Part shown: positions 10,701 to 20,227 of the stretch, one piece after another
Numbering within the stretch: the stretch's first letter is position 1
Layout of the letters: each line of letters begins with the position of its first letter
Notes under the pieces: model-generated
Database searches by the model: none
Told to the model about the DNA's origin: nothing
Seen by the model: only the letters and a program-made list of their open reading frames with translations
Sequence record: DRR723986_12945
DNA length: 35,209 nucleotides
Direction: 5' to 3' (one strand)
Position numbers and translations under genes: made by a program

Positions 10701-11193
10701 ATTCGCCGTGCTCATAGACCGTATCGACGTTGCGATAGCCGTTGCGCTCGAGATTGCGCCGGAAGGTGGCGATATCAATAGCCTGGCCCGGTTCCAGCAC
10801 CAGGCTGTTGCCGGCGACGTAATGGGTCGGCGGCAGACGGTGCATCAGGGTTGGCATCGGCACGATCAACACACCGCCCTGCAGGCCTGGGAGTCGGTGG
10901 AAAGTGCGCAAGCGCTCGGAGACGATATCCTGGTGCGGGGAAAAATTGTCGTAGGGCAGGGTTTCCCAATCCGGCAGCGCCAGTACTTCTATCGCGGGAT
11001 CGATGAAGAAGGGCAGCTCCCGCTCCAGCACCAGTGCGGCGCTGGTATCCGCGGTGATCACCAGCAGGAGGCGGTCGCTGGATGCGAGCTCCGCCACGCA
11101 CAGGGTGTCGGCGCAGCCGGCCAGGGGGCCGGCCGCGGTGCGGCTGCCGGGCGCGGAAGGCCAGGGGCATTGTGCTACCAGTGTTCTGATCAT
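7729..11193 (-). CDS. mfd: Transcription-repair coupling factor Mfd
   Basis: PDWETLPYD.FSPHQDI.SERL, CGDVGFGKTEVAMRAAF, DEEHRFGV, TATPIPRTL, QLRGRVGRS, DLEIRGAGELLG. ATG at 11193 preferred over the TTG at 11250. Confidence 0.97.
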   Translation of the reverse strand: MIRTLVAQCPWPSAPGSRTAAGPLAGCADTLCVAELASSDRLLLVITADTSAALVLERELPFFIDPAIEVLALPDWETLPYDNFSPHQDIVSERLRTFHRLPGLQGGVLIVPMPTLMHRLPPTHYVAGNSLVLEPGQAIDIATFRRNLERNGYRNVDTVYEHGEFALRGALLDIFPMGSDLPYRVDLLDDEVDTLRTFDPETQRTVDRVDAIRLLPAREFPLDAGAIQRFQMQWYDSFDSDPDACPVFNEVSAGRVPGGCEYYLPLFFEQCDSLFDYLPDNAAVIAIGDHYGAAQRFWEDVTTRFDEYGIDPRRPLLPPARGFYPVEELYRLLGELAVLELRSHPDAPVHLETPFQQPPTLSSGEREGGAVEHLGQFIEQHAGPVLLCAESAGRREILLETLAAHGMAPQAVGSWQEFLASAPDFAIATAPLDRGLYTGPGEPTLVCEAQLFGERVAQRRRRRSTQETDPTNVFRDLTELREGVPVVHLEHGVGRYEGLQTLAAGGEEGEFLTLVYAEGSRLYVPVTSLHLISRYAGSDPDLAPLHRLGSDQWEKARRKASERASDIAAQLLEVYARREARQGFAFSVPEQDYEQFAADFPFEETPDQAAAIAAVLEDMRSPGVMDRLICGDVGFGKTEVAMRAAFVAAQNGKQVAVLVPTTLLAQQHFNSFSDRFADWPVNVDVVSRFKTAKEVTEVNKRIASGATNILVGTHKLLQSDFNFHDLGLLIIDEEHRFGVKQKEAIKALRSEVDILTLTATPIPRTLNMALGGMRDLSIIATPPARRLSIKTFVREHNIALVKEAVLRETLRGGQVYYLHNEVRTIEESARKLRELLPGLSIGVAHGQMRETQLEQVMSAFYHQRHHILLCTTIIETGIDIPNANTMIIERADRFGLAQLHQLRGRVGRSHHQAYAYLLCPPQSAMTPDAVKRLEAIEAAGDLGAGYLLATHDLEIRGAGELLGDEQSGQIHSVGFALYMDMLERAVAALRRGEIPDVDAPLDAGTEVNLNVPALIPEDYLPDTNSRLILYKRIAAAGSEADLREIQVEMIDRFGLLREPINNLFAQARLRLRADALGIAGIDAGPAGALVEFRESTRVNPMSLVKRVQAEPRVYQLAGATRLKISRELPDVAKRQQFVEELLADFAADAREDAA

Positions 11194-11259
11194 TGCGGCG
11201 GATCGGTTCCGGGGCTGTCGGGTGGTGCCGGAATTCTGGGCATCCGGCAAGGGGCGCCT

Positions 11260-11288
11260 ATTGTAAGGGCATCACCCGGGGGTCTCCA
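11260..11288 (-). promoter_or_regulatory. Candidate mfd promoter
   Basis: Minus strand TGGAGA (11288-11283), 17 bp spacer, TACAAT (11265-11260). Confidence 0.4.
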
Positions 11289-11325
11289 GTGCCTGCGCCG
11301 GACACACATCCGGGCGGGATGAACC

Positions 11326-11354
11326 TTGCGGGTGGGCGGGGAGCATTGGATAAT
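11326..11354 (+). promoter_or_regulatory. Candidate gap promoter
   Basis: TTGCGG (11326-11331), 17 bp spacer, GATAAT (11349-11354). Confidence 0.45.
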
Positions 11355-11388
11355 ACGCCCCTTTTTTGACCAAGCTAAGGTGCCCAGA

Positions 11389-12858
11389 GTGAATCAGCGC
11401 AAGCGAGCCCGCCCCGACGACTACTTCAAGGACTGGAAACAGCGAGAGGCATTGGCCGAAGGCATGATTCCGCTGGTCGGCCAGATGGCGCGGGAGAAGA
11501 GCGTCAAGAGCTACATCTACGGCCGCTCCCTGGTTAACCGCTCCGTACTGGAAATCATGAAGGCACACCGCTACGTGCGCCAGCTCGAGGAAAACGAACT
11601 GTCCGAGTTCGAGACCTTCCCCGTGCTCAAGGCAATGGCCGAGCTGGATCTCGGTCCGGCGCATATCGACCTGGGTCGCATGGCGGTCGCCTATTACGAC
11701 AAGGGCAAAGGCGCGGGCCTGACCATTGAGGAGTATGTTCGGCGGGAGCTGGCGGGCCTGATCGGCACCCACTCTCGCCCGGTGGACAAGCCGGTAGACG
11801 TGGTGCTCTATGGTTTTGGCCGGATTGGCCGCCTGATGGCCCGGATCCTGATCGACAAGACTGACGGCGGCGACTGTCTGCGCCTGCGGGCGGTGGTGGT
11901 TCGCAAGGGGAAGGCGCCCAATGACCTGGTCAAACGGGCCAGCCTGTTGCGCCGGGACTCCGTACACGGCGCTTTCGATGGCACCATCCGGGTGGATGAG
12001 GAGCGCCAGTCGTTTGTCGCCAACGGCAATGAAGTGAAAGTGATCTACGCCGACTCCCCGGACACCATCGATTACACCGAGTACGGCATTAACGACGCGA
12101 TTATTATCGACAATACCGGGGTCTGGCGTGACAGTGAGGGCCTCTCGCTGCACCTCAAGTCCACCGGGGTGAGCAAGGTGATCCTGACGGCCCCGGGCAA
12201 GGGCGACATGAAGAACGTGGTGGCAGGGATCAACAGCGACATTATTACGCCGGATGACCGGATAATCTCCGCCGCATCGTGCACCACCAATGCCATCGTT
12301 CCGCCGTTGAAGGCACTGGATGATGAGTTCGGCATCGTTACCGGGCACGTGGAAACGGTGCACGCCTATACCAATGACCAGAACCTGACCGACAACTACC
12401 ACAAGGCCGATCGCCGTGGTCGCAGCGCGCCGCTCAACATGGTGCTGACCGAAACCGGCGCCGCCAAGGCCGTTGCCAAGGTGTTGCCCCAGCTTGAAGG
12501 CAAGCTGACCGGAAATGCCATCCGGGTGCCGACGCCGAATGTCTCCATGGCCATCCTCAACCTGACCCTGGGCCGGGAAACCACCCGCGAGGAACTTAAC
12601 GGCTACATGCGCGACATGGCACTGCATTCCTCGATGCGCAAGCAGATCGACTACTCCAATTCGCCGGAAGTGGTGTCCACCGACTTCGTCGGCTCGCGCA
12701 CAGCCTGTGTTTATGACGCCCAGGCCACTATCGTAAATGGTGCCCAGGCGGTGGTTTACCTGTGGTACGACAACGAGTTTGGCTATAGTTGTCAGGTACA
12801 CCGGATTCTGGAGCAGATGGCTGGGATCAATTACGCGACCTATCCGCCCCGGAGCTAG
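11389..12858 (+). CDS. gap: Glyceraldehyde-3-phosphate dehydrogenase, long N-terminally extended type (489 aa)
   Basis: GFGRIGR, catalytic ASCTTNA, HAYTNDQ, TGAAKAV, RVPTPNVS, WYDNEFGYS; GTG at 11389 with TAAGGT RBS. Confidence 0.95.
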   Translation: MNQRKRARPDDYFKDWKQREALAEGMIPLVGQMAREKSVKSYIYGRSLVNRSVLEIMKAHRYVRQLEENELSEFETFPVLKAMAELDLGPAHIDLGRMAVAYYDKGKGAGLTIEEYVRRELAGLIGTHSRPVDKPVDVVLYGFGRIGRLMARILIDKTDGGDCLRLRAVVVRKGKAPNDLVKRASLLRRDSVHGAFDGTIRVDEERQSFVANGNEVKVIYADSPDTIDYTEYGINDAIIIDNTGVWRDSEGLSLHLKSTGVSKVILTAPGKGDMKNVVAGINSDIITPDDRIISAASCTTNAIVPPLKALDDEFGIVTGHVETVHAYTNDQNLTDNYHKADRRGRSAPLNMVLTETGAAKAVAKVLPQLEGKLTGNAIRVPTPNVSMAILNLTLGRETTREELNGYMRDMALHSSMRKQIDYSNSPEVVSTDFVGSRTACVYDAQATIVNGAQAVVYLWYDNEFGYSCQVHRILEQMAGINYATYPPRS

Positions 12859-12945
12859 TTCCGGGCCGGAAGTGCAAGCGATAAAACTTGTTCAAAATCA
12901 ACAGACTGATGGTCGCGGGAGTGGCCACGCGCGGCGCGCATCCTG

Positions 12946-12959
12946 TATAATGCGCGCGG
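12946..12959 (+). promoter_or_regulatory. Candidate nqr operon promoter (-10 box plus GC-rich discriminator)
   Basis: Perfect TATAAT at 12946-12951 followed by GCGCGCGG; only a weak -35 (TGGCCA, 12922-12927). Confidence 0.55.
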
Positions 12960-13104
12960 CTTGGAGGGGCGGTGACTGCAGGCTCCTTCCTCCGCCCGGT
13001 GTCCCGGGGCAGCTAAGAGCGTCAGGCAAAGCGACGCTGGGCCCTGAAGTAACGACCAAAGTGCGGGCCATACGATTTACGCGTAACTTCTCAAGGCGGA
13101 TTGC

Positions 13105-14448
13105 ATGATCAAGATCAAGCGGGGCATGGATATACCCATCCAGGGCGCTCCGGAGCAGCTCATTGATGCCGCGCCTGCCGCGCGGGCCGTGGCTCTCGTG
13201 GGTTTTGACTACGTGGGGATGAAGCCCACGATGGAGGTCAGCGAAGGCGACCGGGTCAAACTCGGGCAGCTTCTGTTCACTGACAAGAAGACGGAAGGGG
13301 TGCGCTATACAGCGCCGGCCGCCGGCGTCGTCAGCGCAATTAACCGCGGTGCGCGCCGCGTCCTGCAATCGGTGGTCATCGAAGTCGATGGCGATGACGC
13401 CCAGACGTTTCCCGCCCGTGACCCCGCCGCCGCGCGGGCTCTCGATGCGGGGACAGTGCGCGAGCAGCTGGTGGAAAGCGGTCAGTGGACCGCGCTCCGC
13501 ACCCGGCCGTTCAGCAAGGTTCCCAGCCCGGGCAGCAATGCCGCGGCGATCTTCATCACTGCGATTGATACCCAGCCATTGGCAGCCGACCCCGCGGTGA
13601 TCATTGCCGAGCAGGCCGAGGCCTTTGCCCTTGGCCAGGATCTGCTGGCCAGCCTGACTGAGGGCAAGGTGTACCTGTGCGCCGCCCCCGGCGCAGGCTT
13701 GCCCCAGGGCGACAGCAGCCGTATTGAACTGGCCGAGTTCAGTGGCCCGCATCCCGCCGGCCTGCCTGGCACCCATGTACATTTCCTGCTCGGTGCCAGC
13801 GCCGAGCGGGTGGTATGGACCATCGGCTACCAGGAGGTCATTGCCATCGGCCGCCTGTTCCTCGATGGCCGCCTGTACAACAGCCGGGTTATTTCCCTGG
13901 CCGGTCCGCAGGTCGAAAAGCCCCGCTTGCTGAGAACCCAGCTGGGCGCGGATCTCGAGGCGCTTTGCGCAGGCCAGTTGAAAGAGGGCGACAACCGGAT
14001 CATTTCCGGCTCAGTGTTGGGCGGGCGTGGGCTGCAGGCCGCGACGTCCTACCTCGGCCGCTACCACAGCCAGGTGTCCGTCCTGCTTGAGGGTCGGCAC
14101 CGCGAATTCATGGGCTGGCTGTCGCCCGGTGCGAACAAGCACTCCAGCCTCGGCATTTACCTGAGCAGCTGGTTTGGCAAGAAGCCGCTGGCGATGACCA
14201 CCAATACCAACGGCAGTGAGCGGGCGATGGTTCCCGTAGGGTCCTACGAGAAAGTCATGCCGCTGGATATTCTGCCCACCCAGCTGCTGCGGGCCCTGAT
14301 CGTCGGTGATACGGAGACTGCCCAGGCCCTGGGTTGTCTCGAGCTTGAGGAGGAAGACCTCGCCCTGTGCTCCTACGTCTGCCCCGGCAAGTACGAATAC
14401 GGTCCCATTCTGCGGGACAATCTTGAAAGAATAGAGAAGGAGGGTTAA
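13105..14448 (+). CDS. nqrA: Na(+)-translocating NADH:quinone reductase subunit A
   Basis: [51 protein letters not shown]-terminal [23 protein letters not shown]. Confidence 0.97.
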   Translation: MIKIKRGMDIPIQGAPEQLIDAAPAARAVALVGFDYVGMKPTMEVSEGDRVKLGQLLFTDKKTEGVRYTAPAAGVVSAINRGARRVLQSVVIEVDGDDAQTFPARDPAAARALDAGTVREQLVESGQWTALRTRPFSKVPSPGSNAAAIFITAIDTQPLAADPAVIIAEQAEAFALGQDLLASLTEGKVYLCAAPGAGLPQGDSSRIELAEFSGPHPAGLPGTHVHFLLGASAERVVWTIGYQEVIAIGRLFLDGRLYNSRVISLAGPQVEKPRLLRTQLGADLEALCAGQLKEGDNRIISGSVLGGRGLQAATSYLGRYHSQVSVLLEGRHREFMGWLSPGANKHSSLGIYLSSWFGKKPLAMTTNTNGSERAMVPVGSYEKVMPLDILPTQLLRALIVGDTETAQALGCLELEEEDLALCSYVCPGKYEYGPILRDNLERIEKEG

Positions 14449-14451
14449 GCC

Positions 14452-15648
14452 GTGGGTCTTCGCAAGGCACTTGACAGTGTTGAGCACCACTTCCAGGAAG
14501 GTGGTCGATTCCAGAATTTTTACGCCCTGTACGAGGTGTTCGATACCTTCCTCTACGCGCCGTCATCGGTAACCCGCTCAACCGCCCACGTACGCGATGG
14601 TGTGGACCTCAAGCGGATCATGATCACGGTGTGGCTGGCGGCATTCCCCGCCATGTTCTACGGCATGTACAACCTGGGCTTCCAGGCAACCGACGTGATG
14701 CCCGCCGGTTACGGCGTTGAGGGCTGGCGCGGCTGGATCATCGAGACCTTCGGCGGCTACGACGGCAGCAGCATCTGGCACTGCTTCCTCTATGGTGCGG
14801 TGTTCTTCCTGCCGATCTATGTCGTCACCTTCCTGGTCGGTATCGCCTGGGAAATCCTGTTTGCGATCAAGCGCGGCCACGAGGTTAACGAGGGCTTCTT
14901 CGTGACCTCGATCCTGTTCGCGCTGTGCTGCCCGCCGGACCTGCCGCTGTGGCAGGCCGCCATGGGGATCAGTTTCGGCGTGGTAATCGGCAAGGAAGTG
15001 TTCGGTGGCACCGGCAAGAATTTCCTTAACCCGGCCCTGACCGGCCGCGCCTTCCTGTACTTCGCCTACCCGGCGCAGCTGTCCGGTGATGGCGTCTGGA
15101 CCGCGGTGGACGGCTATACCGGCGCCACCCCACTGTCGGTGGTTGCGTCCTCCGGCATGGAGGGCCTGCAGGCGCAGTTCAGCTGGATGCAAGCCTTCCT
15201 CGGAGCGATTCCGGGGTCCATCGGCGAGACCTCTACGCTCATGATCCTGATCGGCGGGGCCCTGCTGCTGCTGACCGGGGTAGCCTCCTGGCGGATTGTT
15301 TCCGGAGTCTTGTTGGGCATGGTGCTGCTGTCATCGCTGTTCAATGTGGTCGGGTCGGAGAGCAACCTGGCCTTCAGCATGCCCTGGTACTGGCACCTGG
15401 TTACCGGTGGCTTCGCCTTCGGCATGATATTCATGGCGACCGACCCGGTGTCGGCGGCGATGACCGATGGCGGTAAGTGGGCCTATGGCATCCTCATCGG
15501 CATGATGACGGTGCTTATCCGGGTGGTTAACCCGGCATTTCCCGAGGGCATCATGCTTGCCATCCTGTTTGCCAACCTCTTTGCGCCACTGATGGATCAC
15601 TTTGTGGTTCAGGCCAATATCAAGCGGAGGCTCGCCCGTGTCCAGTAA
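14452..15648 (+). CDS. nqrB: Na(+)-NQR subunit B
   Basis: [31 protein letters not shown] site [33 protein letters not shown]. Confidence 0.97.
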   Translation: MGLRKALDSVEHHFQEGGRFQNFYALYEVFDTFLYAPSSVTRSTAHVRDGVDLKRIMITVWLAAFPAMFYGMYNLGFQATDVMPAGYGVEGWRGWIIETFGGYDGSSIWHCFLYGAVFFLPIYVVTFLVGIAWEILFAIKRGHEVNEGFFVTSILFALCCPPDLPLWQAAMGISFGVVIGKEVFGGTGKNFLNPALTGRAFLYFAYPAQLSGDGVWTAVDGYTGATPLSVVASSGMEGLQAQFSWMQAFLGAIPGSIGETSTLMILIGGALLLLTGVASWRIVSGVLLGMVLLSSLFNVVGSESNLAFSMPWYWHLVTGGFAFGMIFMATDPVSAAMTDGGKWAYGILIGMMTVLIRVVNPAFPEGIMLAILFANLFAPLMDHFVVQANIKRRLARVQ

Positions 15649-16411
15649 CGACAGCATCAAGAAGATACTGACGGTCGCTTTCTCCCTGTGCATCGTCTGT
15701 GCGGTGGTGGTGTCCACCGCTGCCGTGATGTTGAAGCCAGCCCAGGAAGCCAACCAGGCCCTGGACCGCAAGCGCAACATCCTGGCCGCAGCGGGTATCC
15801 TGGAAGAGGGCCAGAGCGTCGAGGAACAGTTCGCCAAGATCGACACCCGGGTAGTGGACCTGCGTTCCGGCAAGTTCACCGATGCCGTGAATGCCGGGGA
15901 CTACGATCAGCGCGCAGCGGCCAAGGATCCCGATTTGTCCGTCAAGCTGGCCGGGGAAGACGATCCGGCCAAGATTCTGCGCCGTGAGCATTACGCGATC
16001 GTTTACCTGTCTGAAAGCGCGGACGGCGACGTCGACAAGATCATCCTGCCGGTGCACGGTTACGGTCTGTGGGGCCAGCTTTACGGCTTCATCGCCCTGG
16101 AGTCCGACGCCAACACCGTTGCCGGCCTGGGTTTCTACGAGCACAAGGAAACGCCGGGGCTGGGCGGTGAGGTGGATAACCCCCGCTGGAAAGCGCTTTG
16201 GCCAGGCAAGCAGGTCTACGCGGAAGGTGAGGTGGCAATTGAGGTCCTGAAGGGCTCGGTGGATCCTGCCTCAGCTGCGGCTGGCTACCAGATCGATGGT
16301 CTGGCGGGCGCCACGCTGACCACCCGTGGCGTGAGCCACCTGGTCCAGTACTGGCTTGGCGAGAACGGCTTTGCGCCGTTTCTTGAAAATCTGAAAACGG
16401 GGGAAGCCTGA
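15638..16411 (+). CDS. nqrC: Na(+)-NQR subunit C
   Basis: GTG at 15638 with GGAGG RBS; N-terminal TM helix, [24 protein letters not shown] site DGLAGATLT. Confidence 0.96.
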   Translation: MSSNDSIKKILTVAFSLCIVCAVVVSTAAVMLKPAQEANQALDRKRNILAAAGILEEGQSVEEQFAKIDTRVVDLRSGKFTDAVNAGDYDQRAAAKDPDLSVKLAGEDDPAKILRREHYAIVYLSESADGDVDKIILPVHGYGLWGQLYGFIALESDANTVAGLGFYEHKETPGLGGEVDNPRWKALWPGKQVYAEGEVAIEVLKGSVDPASAAAGYQIDGLAGATLTTRGVSHLVQYWLGENGFAPFLENLKTGEA

Positions 16412-16412
16412 T

Positions 16413-17075
16413 ATGCAAGGCGTAAAAGAGGCTCTCACGGGCCCGATCTTCAAGAATAACCCGATTGCGCTGCAGATCCTCGGTATCTGCTCGGCGCTGG
16501 CGGTAACCTCCTCGCTGCAGGTCACCCTGGTAATGTGCGTGGCGCTGACTGCGGTGACTGCATTCTCCAACCTGTCCATCTCGGTCATTCGCAGGCACAT
16601 TCCCGGCAGTATCCGGATTATTGTGCAGATGACGATCATCGCCTCCCTGGTGATCATCGTCGACCAGATCCTCAAGGCAGTGGCCTATGACATCAGCAAG
16701 CAGCTGTCGGTATTCGTTGGCCTGATCATCACCAACTGCATCGTGATGGGTCGGGCGGAAGCCTTCGCTATGAAGAACCCGCCGCTGCCCAGTTTCCTCG
16801 ACGGCATCGGCAACGGCCTGGGTTACTCCGTCGTCCTGATTTCCGTTGCTGTGGTGCGCGAACTGTTCGGCGCCGGCAAGCTGATGGGTATCGAGATACT
16901 GCCGCTGGTCACCGAGGGCGGCTGGTACACGCCGAACGGCCTGCTGCTGCTGCCGCCGAGCGCGTTCTTCCTGATCGGCCTTTTTATCTGGGCCCTGCGC
17001 AGTGTGCGCACGGAGCAGGTGGAAGCGGCTGACTACAAACTTGCCCGGCACACGCCGGCGGAGGAGGGCATCTGA
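16413..17075 (+). CDS. nqrD: Na(+)-NQR subunit D
   Basis: [47 protein letters not shown]. Confidence 0.97.
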   Translation: MQGVKEALTGPIFKNNPIALQILGICSALAVTSSLQVTLVMCVALTAVTAFSNLSISVIRRHIPGSIRIIVQMTIIASLVIIVDQILKAVAYDISKQLSVFVGLIITNCIVMGRAEAFAMKNPPLPSFLDGIGNGLGYSVVLISVAVVRELFGAGKLMGIEILPLVTEGGWYTPNGLLLLPPSAFFLIGLFIWALRSVRTEQVEAADYKLARHTPAEEGI

Positions 17076-17683
17076 TGGAATACTATCTGAGCCTGTTTAT
17101 TCGCTCCATTTTCATTGAGAACATGGCCCTGGCCTTCTTCCTGGGCATGTGTACTTTCCTGGCGGTCTCCAAGAAAGTGCAGGCCGCGTTCGGTCTCGGT
17201 GTTGCTGTTGTCGTGGTGCTGACCATCACGGTTCCGGTCAACAACCTGATCTACAACTACCTGCTCGCGGACGGCGCGCTCGCCTGGGCCGGGCTGCCCG
17301 ATCTCGACCTGAGCTTCCTTGGCCTGCTGTCGTACATTGGTGTCATCGCCGCGCTGGTCCAGATCCTCGAAATGTTCCTGGATAAGTATGTGCCGGCGCT
17401 GTACAACGCCCTCGGTGTGTTCCTGCCCCTGATCACGGTGAACTGCGCCATTCTCGGTGCGTCCCTGTTCATGGTCGAGCGGGACTACAACTTCGGTGAG
17501 AGCGTGGTGTTCGGCGCGGGTGCCGGGGTTGGCTGGGCGCTGGCGATTGTTGCGCTGGCGGGTATCCGTGAAAAACTGAAGTACTCAGACGTACCCGACG
17601 GGTTGCAGGGCCTGGGCATAACCTTTATCACTGTGGGCCTGATGTCCCTTGGTTTTATGTCCTTTGGCGGAATAGATATCTAA
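17075..17683 (+). CDS. nqrE: Na(+)-NQR subunit E
   Basis: [50 protein letters not shown]. Confidence 0.97.
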   Translation: MEYYLSLFIRSIFIENMALAFFLGMCTFLAVSKKVQAAFGLGVAVVVVLTITVPVNNLIYNYLLADGALAWAGLPDLDLSFLGLLSYIGVIAALVQILEMFLDKYVPALYNALGVFLPLITVNCAILGASLFMVERDYNFGESVVFGAGAGVGWALAIVALAGIREKLKYSDVPDGLQGLGITFITVGLMSLGFMSFGGIDI

Positions 17684-17698
17684 GCGAGTCACCCAGAT

Positions 17699-18922
17699 AT
17701 GGATATGACAATTGTTTTTGGCGTCGGTATGTTCACTACGATCGTGGTGGCGCTGGTCCTGGTAATTCTTTTCGCCCGCACACGCCTGGTGAGCAGTGGC
17801 GATGTGCATATCGAGATCAATGGCGAGAAAACCATCACTGTGCCGGCAGGCGGCAAGCTGCTGCAAACCCTGTCCGAAGCAAACCTGTTTCTCGCCTCGG
17901 CCTGTGGCGGTGGCGGCACCTGTGCCCAGTGCAAATGCATCGTGAACGAGGGCGGTGGCTCTATGCTGCCGACTGAGGAGTCGCACTTCACCCGGCGTGA
18001 GGCTCGCGATGGCTGGCGCTTGAGCTGCCAGACTGCCGTCAAGCAGGACATGAAAATCCAGATCCCGGAGGAGGTATTCGGGGTCAAGCAGTGGGAGTGC
18101 ACGGTGGAGTCCAACCCCAACGTGGCAACCTTCATCAAGGAATTGACCCTGCGCCTGCCCGAGGGCGAGAACGTGGATTTCCGCGCCGGTGGTTATGTCC
18201 AGCTTGAATGCCCACCGCACCACGTCAAGTACAGCGACTTCGATATCGAAGAAGAGTACCGCGGTGACTGGGAACGTTTCGGCTTCTTCAAGCAGGAGTC
18301 AGTGGTCAAGGAGCCGGTGATTCGGGCCTACTCCATGGCCAACTACCCGGAAGAAAAGGGCATCGTGAAGTTCAATATCCGGATTGCCACGCCGCCGCCC
18401 GGCAGCGAGGGAATTCCGCCCGGGGTCATGTCTTCCTGGGTATTCGGGCTCAAGCCTGGCGACAAGGTCACTGTGTACGGTCCCTTCGGTGAGTTTTTCG
18501 CCAAGGATACCGATGCGGAGATGGTGTTTATCGGTGGTGGTGCCGGTATGGCGCCCATGCGTTCGCACCTGTTCGACCAGCTCAACCGCCTGCACAGCAA
18601 GCGCAAGATTTCCTTCTGGTACGGCGCGCGCTCTTTGCGCGAGATGTTCTACCAGGACGAGTACGACCAGCTGGCAGCGGAGAACGACAATTTTGAGTGG
18701 CATGTGGCCCTGTCGGATCCACAGCCTGAGGACAACTGGGATGGCCTGACCGGCTTCATTCACAATGTCCTGTTCGAGCAGTACCTCAAGAATCACCCCG
18801 CGCCGGAAGACTGTGAGTACTATATGTGTGGGCCGCCCATGATGAACGCGGCGGTCATCCAGATGCTAACCGACCTGGGGGTCGAGCCGGAGAACATCCT
18901 CCTTGATGACTTCGGCGGCTAG
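17699..18922 (+). CDS. nqrF: Na(+)-NQR subunit F
   Basis: [2Fe-2S] motif [12 protein letters not shown]...[34 protein letters not shown], terminal DDFGG. Confidence 0.98.
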   Translation: MDMTIVFGVGMFTTIVVALVLVILFARTRLVSSGDVHIEINGEKTITVPAGGKLLQTLSEANLFLASACGGGGTCAQCKCIVNEGGGSMLPTEESHFTRREARDGWRLSCQTAVKQDMKIQIPEEVFGVKQWECTVESNPNVATFIKELTLRLPEGENVDFRAGGYVQLECPPHHVKYSDFDIEEEYRGDWERFGFFKQESVVKEPVIRAYSMANYPEEKGIVKFNIRIATPPPGSEGIPPGVMSSWVFGLKPGDKVTVYGPFGEFFAKDTDAEMVFIGGGAGMAPMRSHLFDQLNRLHSKRKISFWYGARSLREMFYQDEYDQLAAENDNFEWHVALSDPQPEDNWDGLTGFIHNVLFEQYLKNHPAPEDCEYYMCGPPMMNAAVIQMLTDLGVEPENILLDDFGG

Positions 18923-19952
18923 ACCAGCGAGCCACTCGAGAGAGTGGCTTTTTTTTGTCGTCTGCCTGCTGTTAGCCTCGGTCACCGCCTGTGGCGCCGG
19001 GCGCACTGCGGTCGAACTTTCCGGCCGCACCATGGGCACGACCTGGCACGCCACCTATCTGCCTGCACCAGGTGGCGACCTCAGCCCGGAATCTGTTCAG
19101 GGCACGATTGAGGCGGCCCTGGAGCGGGTCAACGGCGCCATGTCCACCTACCGCGACGATTCGGAGATTAGCGCAGTCAACCGGCTCGCTGTTGGCGAGA
19201 CGATGACGGTATCTGAGGACTTTGCTCGTGTTCTCGATGCGGGTCTGGCGATCGGCAGGCACAGCAACGGCGCCTACGATGTGACGGTAGGACCATTGGT
19301 GCGTCTCTGGGGATTCGGGCCGGACGGCAACATCGAGCAGCTGCCGGATGCGGAAACCGTTGAGTCCCTGCGCCTCGCCGTGGGCCAGCAGGACCTGCAG
19401 TGGGATGCGAAGCAGCGGCGCCTGCTGAAGCCGGTAGCCAGGGAGCTTGATTTTTCCTCAATCGCCAAGGGTTACGCGGTCGACCTGGTCGTCGAGAGCT
19501 TGCAGGAATTGGGCCTGTCGAATTTCCTGGTAGAAGTAGGCGGCGAGATGCGGGTGTCGGGCCAGAGTCCCCGTGGCGACGCCTGGCGCATCGCCATTGA
19601 ACTGCCGGACCCGGGTCAGCGGGCAGTCCAGCGAGCGTTCAGCCTGTCTGCGGGCGCGGTGGCGACTTCCGGTGACTATCGCAATTACTTCGAGCTGGAC
19701 GGGGTGCACTATTCCCACAGCATCGATCCGCGCACCGGATACCCTGTCCGTCACGAGCTGGTGTCGGTAACCGTGGTTCATGAGAGCGCGATGTGGGCGG
19801 ACGGTTGGGCGACGGCGCTTACCGTGCTGGGTATGCCGGAGGCGCTGCAAGTGGCGGAAGCACAAGGATTAGCGGTATATTTGCTGCAGCGCGATGGTGA
19901 GGGTTTTGCCAGTAGTCACAGCGCGGCATTCGCACCCTACCTGGCAGATTAA
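18906..19952 (+). CDS. apbE: FAD:protein FMN transferase ApbE (lipoprotein)
   Basis: Lipobox [62 protein letters not shown]; the start overlaps the nqrF end. Confidence 0.93.
   Translation: MTSAARPASHSREWLFFVVCLLLASVTACGAGRTAVELSGRTMGTTWHATYLPAPGGDLSPESVQGTIEAALERVNGAMSTYRDDSEISAVNRLAVGETMTVSEDFARVLDAGLAIGRHSNGAYDVTVGPLVRLWGFGPDGNIEQLPDAETVESLRLAVGQQDLQWDAKQRRLLKPVARELDFSSIAKGYAVDLVVESLQELGLSNFLVEVGGEMRVSGQSPRGDAWRIAIELPDPGQRAVQRAFSLSAGAVATSGDYRNYFELDGVHYSHSIDPRTGYPVRHELVSVTVVHESAMWADGWATALTVLGMPEALQVAEAQGLAVYLLQRDGEGFASSHSAAFAPYLAD
18930..18956 (+). terminator. Intrinsic (rho-independent) terminator after nqrF, inside the apbE 5' end
   Basis: AGCCACTC-GAGA-GAGTGGCT perfect 8-bp stem with GNRA-type loop, then a T run (8 T at 18949-18956). 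Confidence 0.85.
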
Positions 19953-19979
19953 GACAGCTGGTCTACGACGGAGCGCACT

Positions 19980-20213
19980 ATGACCTTATTTTTGATCAGT
20001 TTCCTGGTGATTGGCCTGGTGATTGCCGGCATGGCAATCGGCGTCATCGCCGGTCGGGAGCCGATCAAGGGCTCCTGCGGTGGCATTGGCGCCCTGGGCA
20101 TCAATCAGGCCTGCGAGATTTGTGGCGGCGATCCCCAGCGCTGTGACGAGGAAACCCGCGACGGACAGGTCGGCAAAGACAAACCGGATCTGTATTACCC
20201 GGCTGACAAGTAG
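19980..20213 (+). CDS. nqrM: Na(+)-NQR maturation factor NqrM
   Basis: Single TM helix then GMAIGV...PIKGSCGG......CEICGG...C; GGAG RBS; follows apbE. Confidence 0.92.
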   Translation: MTLFLISFLVIGLVIAGMAIGVIAGREPIKGSCGGIGALGINQACEICGGDPQRCDEETRDGQVGKDKPDLYYPADK

Positions 20214-20227
20214 TTTCCTGGCATCCT

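Noticed and set aside
8281..11322. Long alternative ORFs within mfd (426, 338 and 332 aa)
   Set aside because: Overlap a clearly identified mfd; compositions are typical of non-coding frames.
11272..12801. 509-aa antisense ORF over gap
   Set aside because: In codon register with a strongly biased housekeeping gene; no domain signature.
13011..13070. GGCAAA / GACGC / GCTAAG words reminiscent of a c-di-GMP-I riboswitch
   Set aside because: The elements are in the wrong order and the expected two-stem architecture cannot be built.
16295..16321. NqrC flavinylation motif reads DGLAGATLT instead of DGLSGATLT
   Set aside because: The acceptor Thr is intact and I recall the Ala variant from other NqrC proteins; not evidence of anything new.
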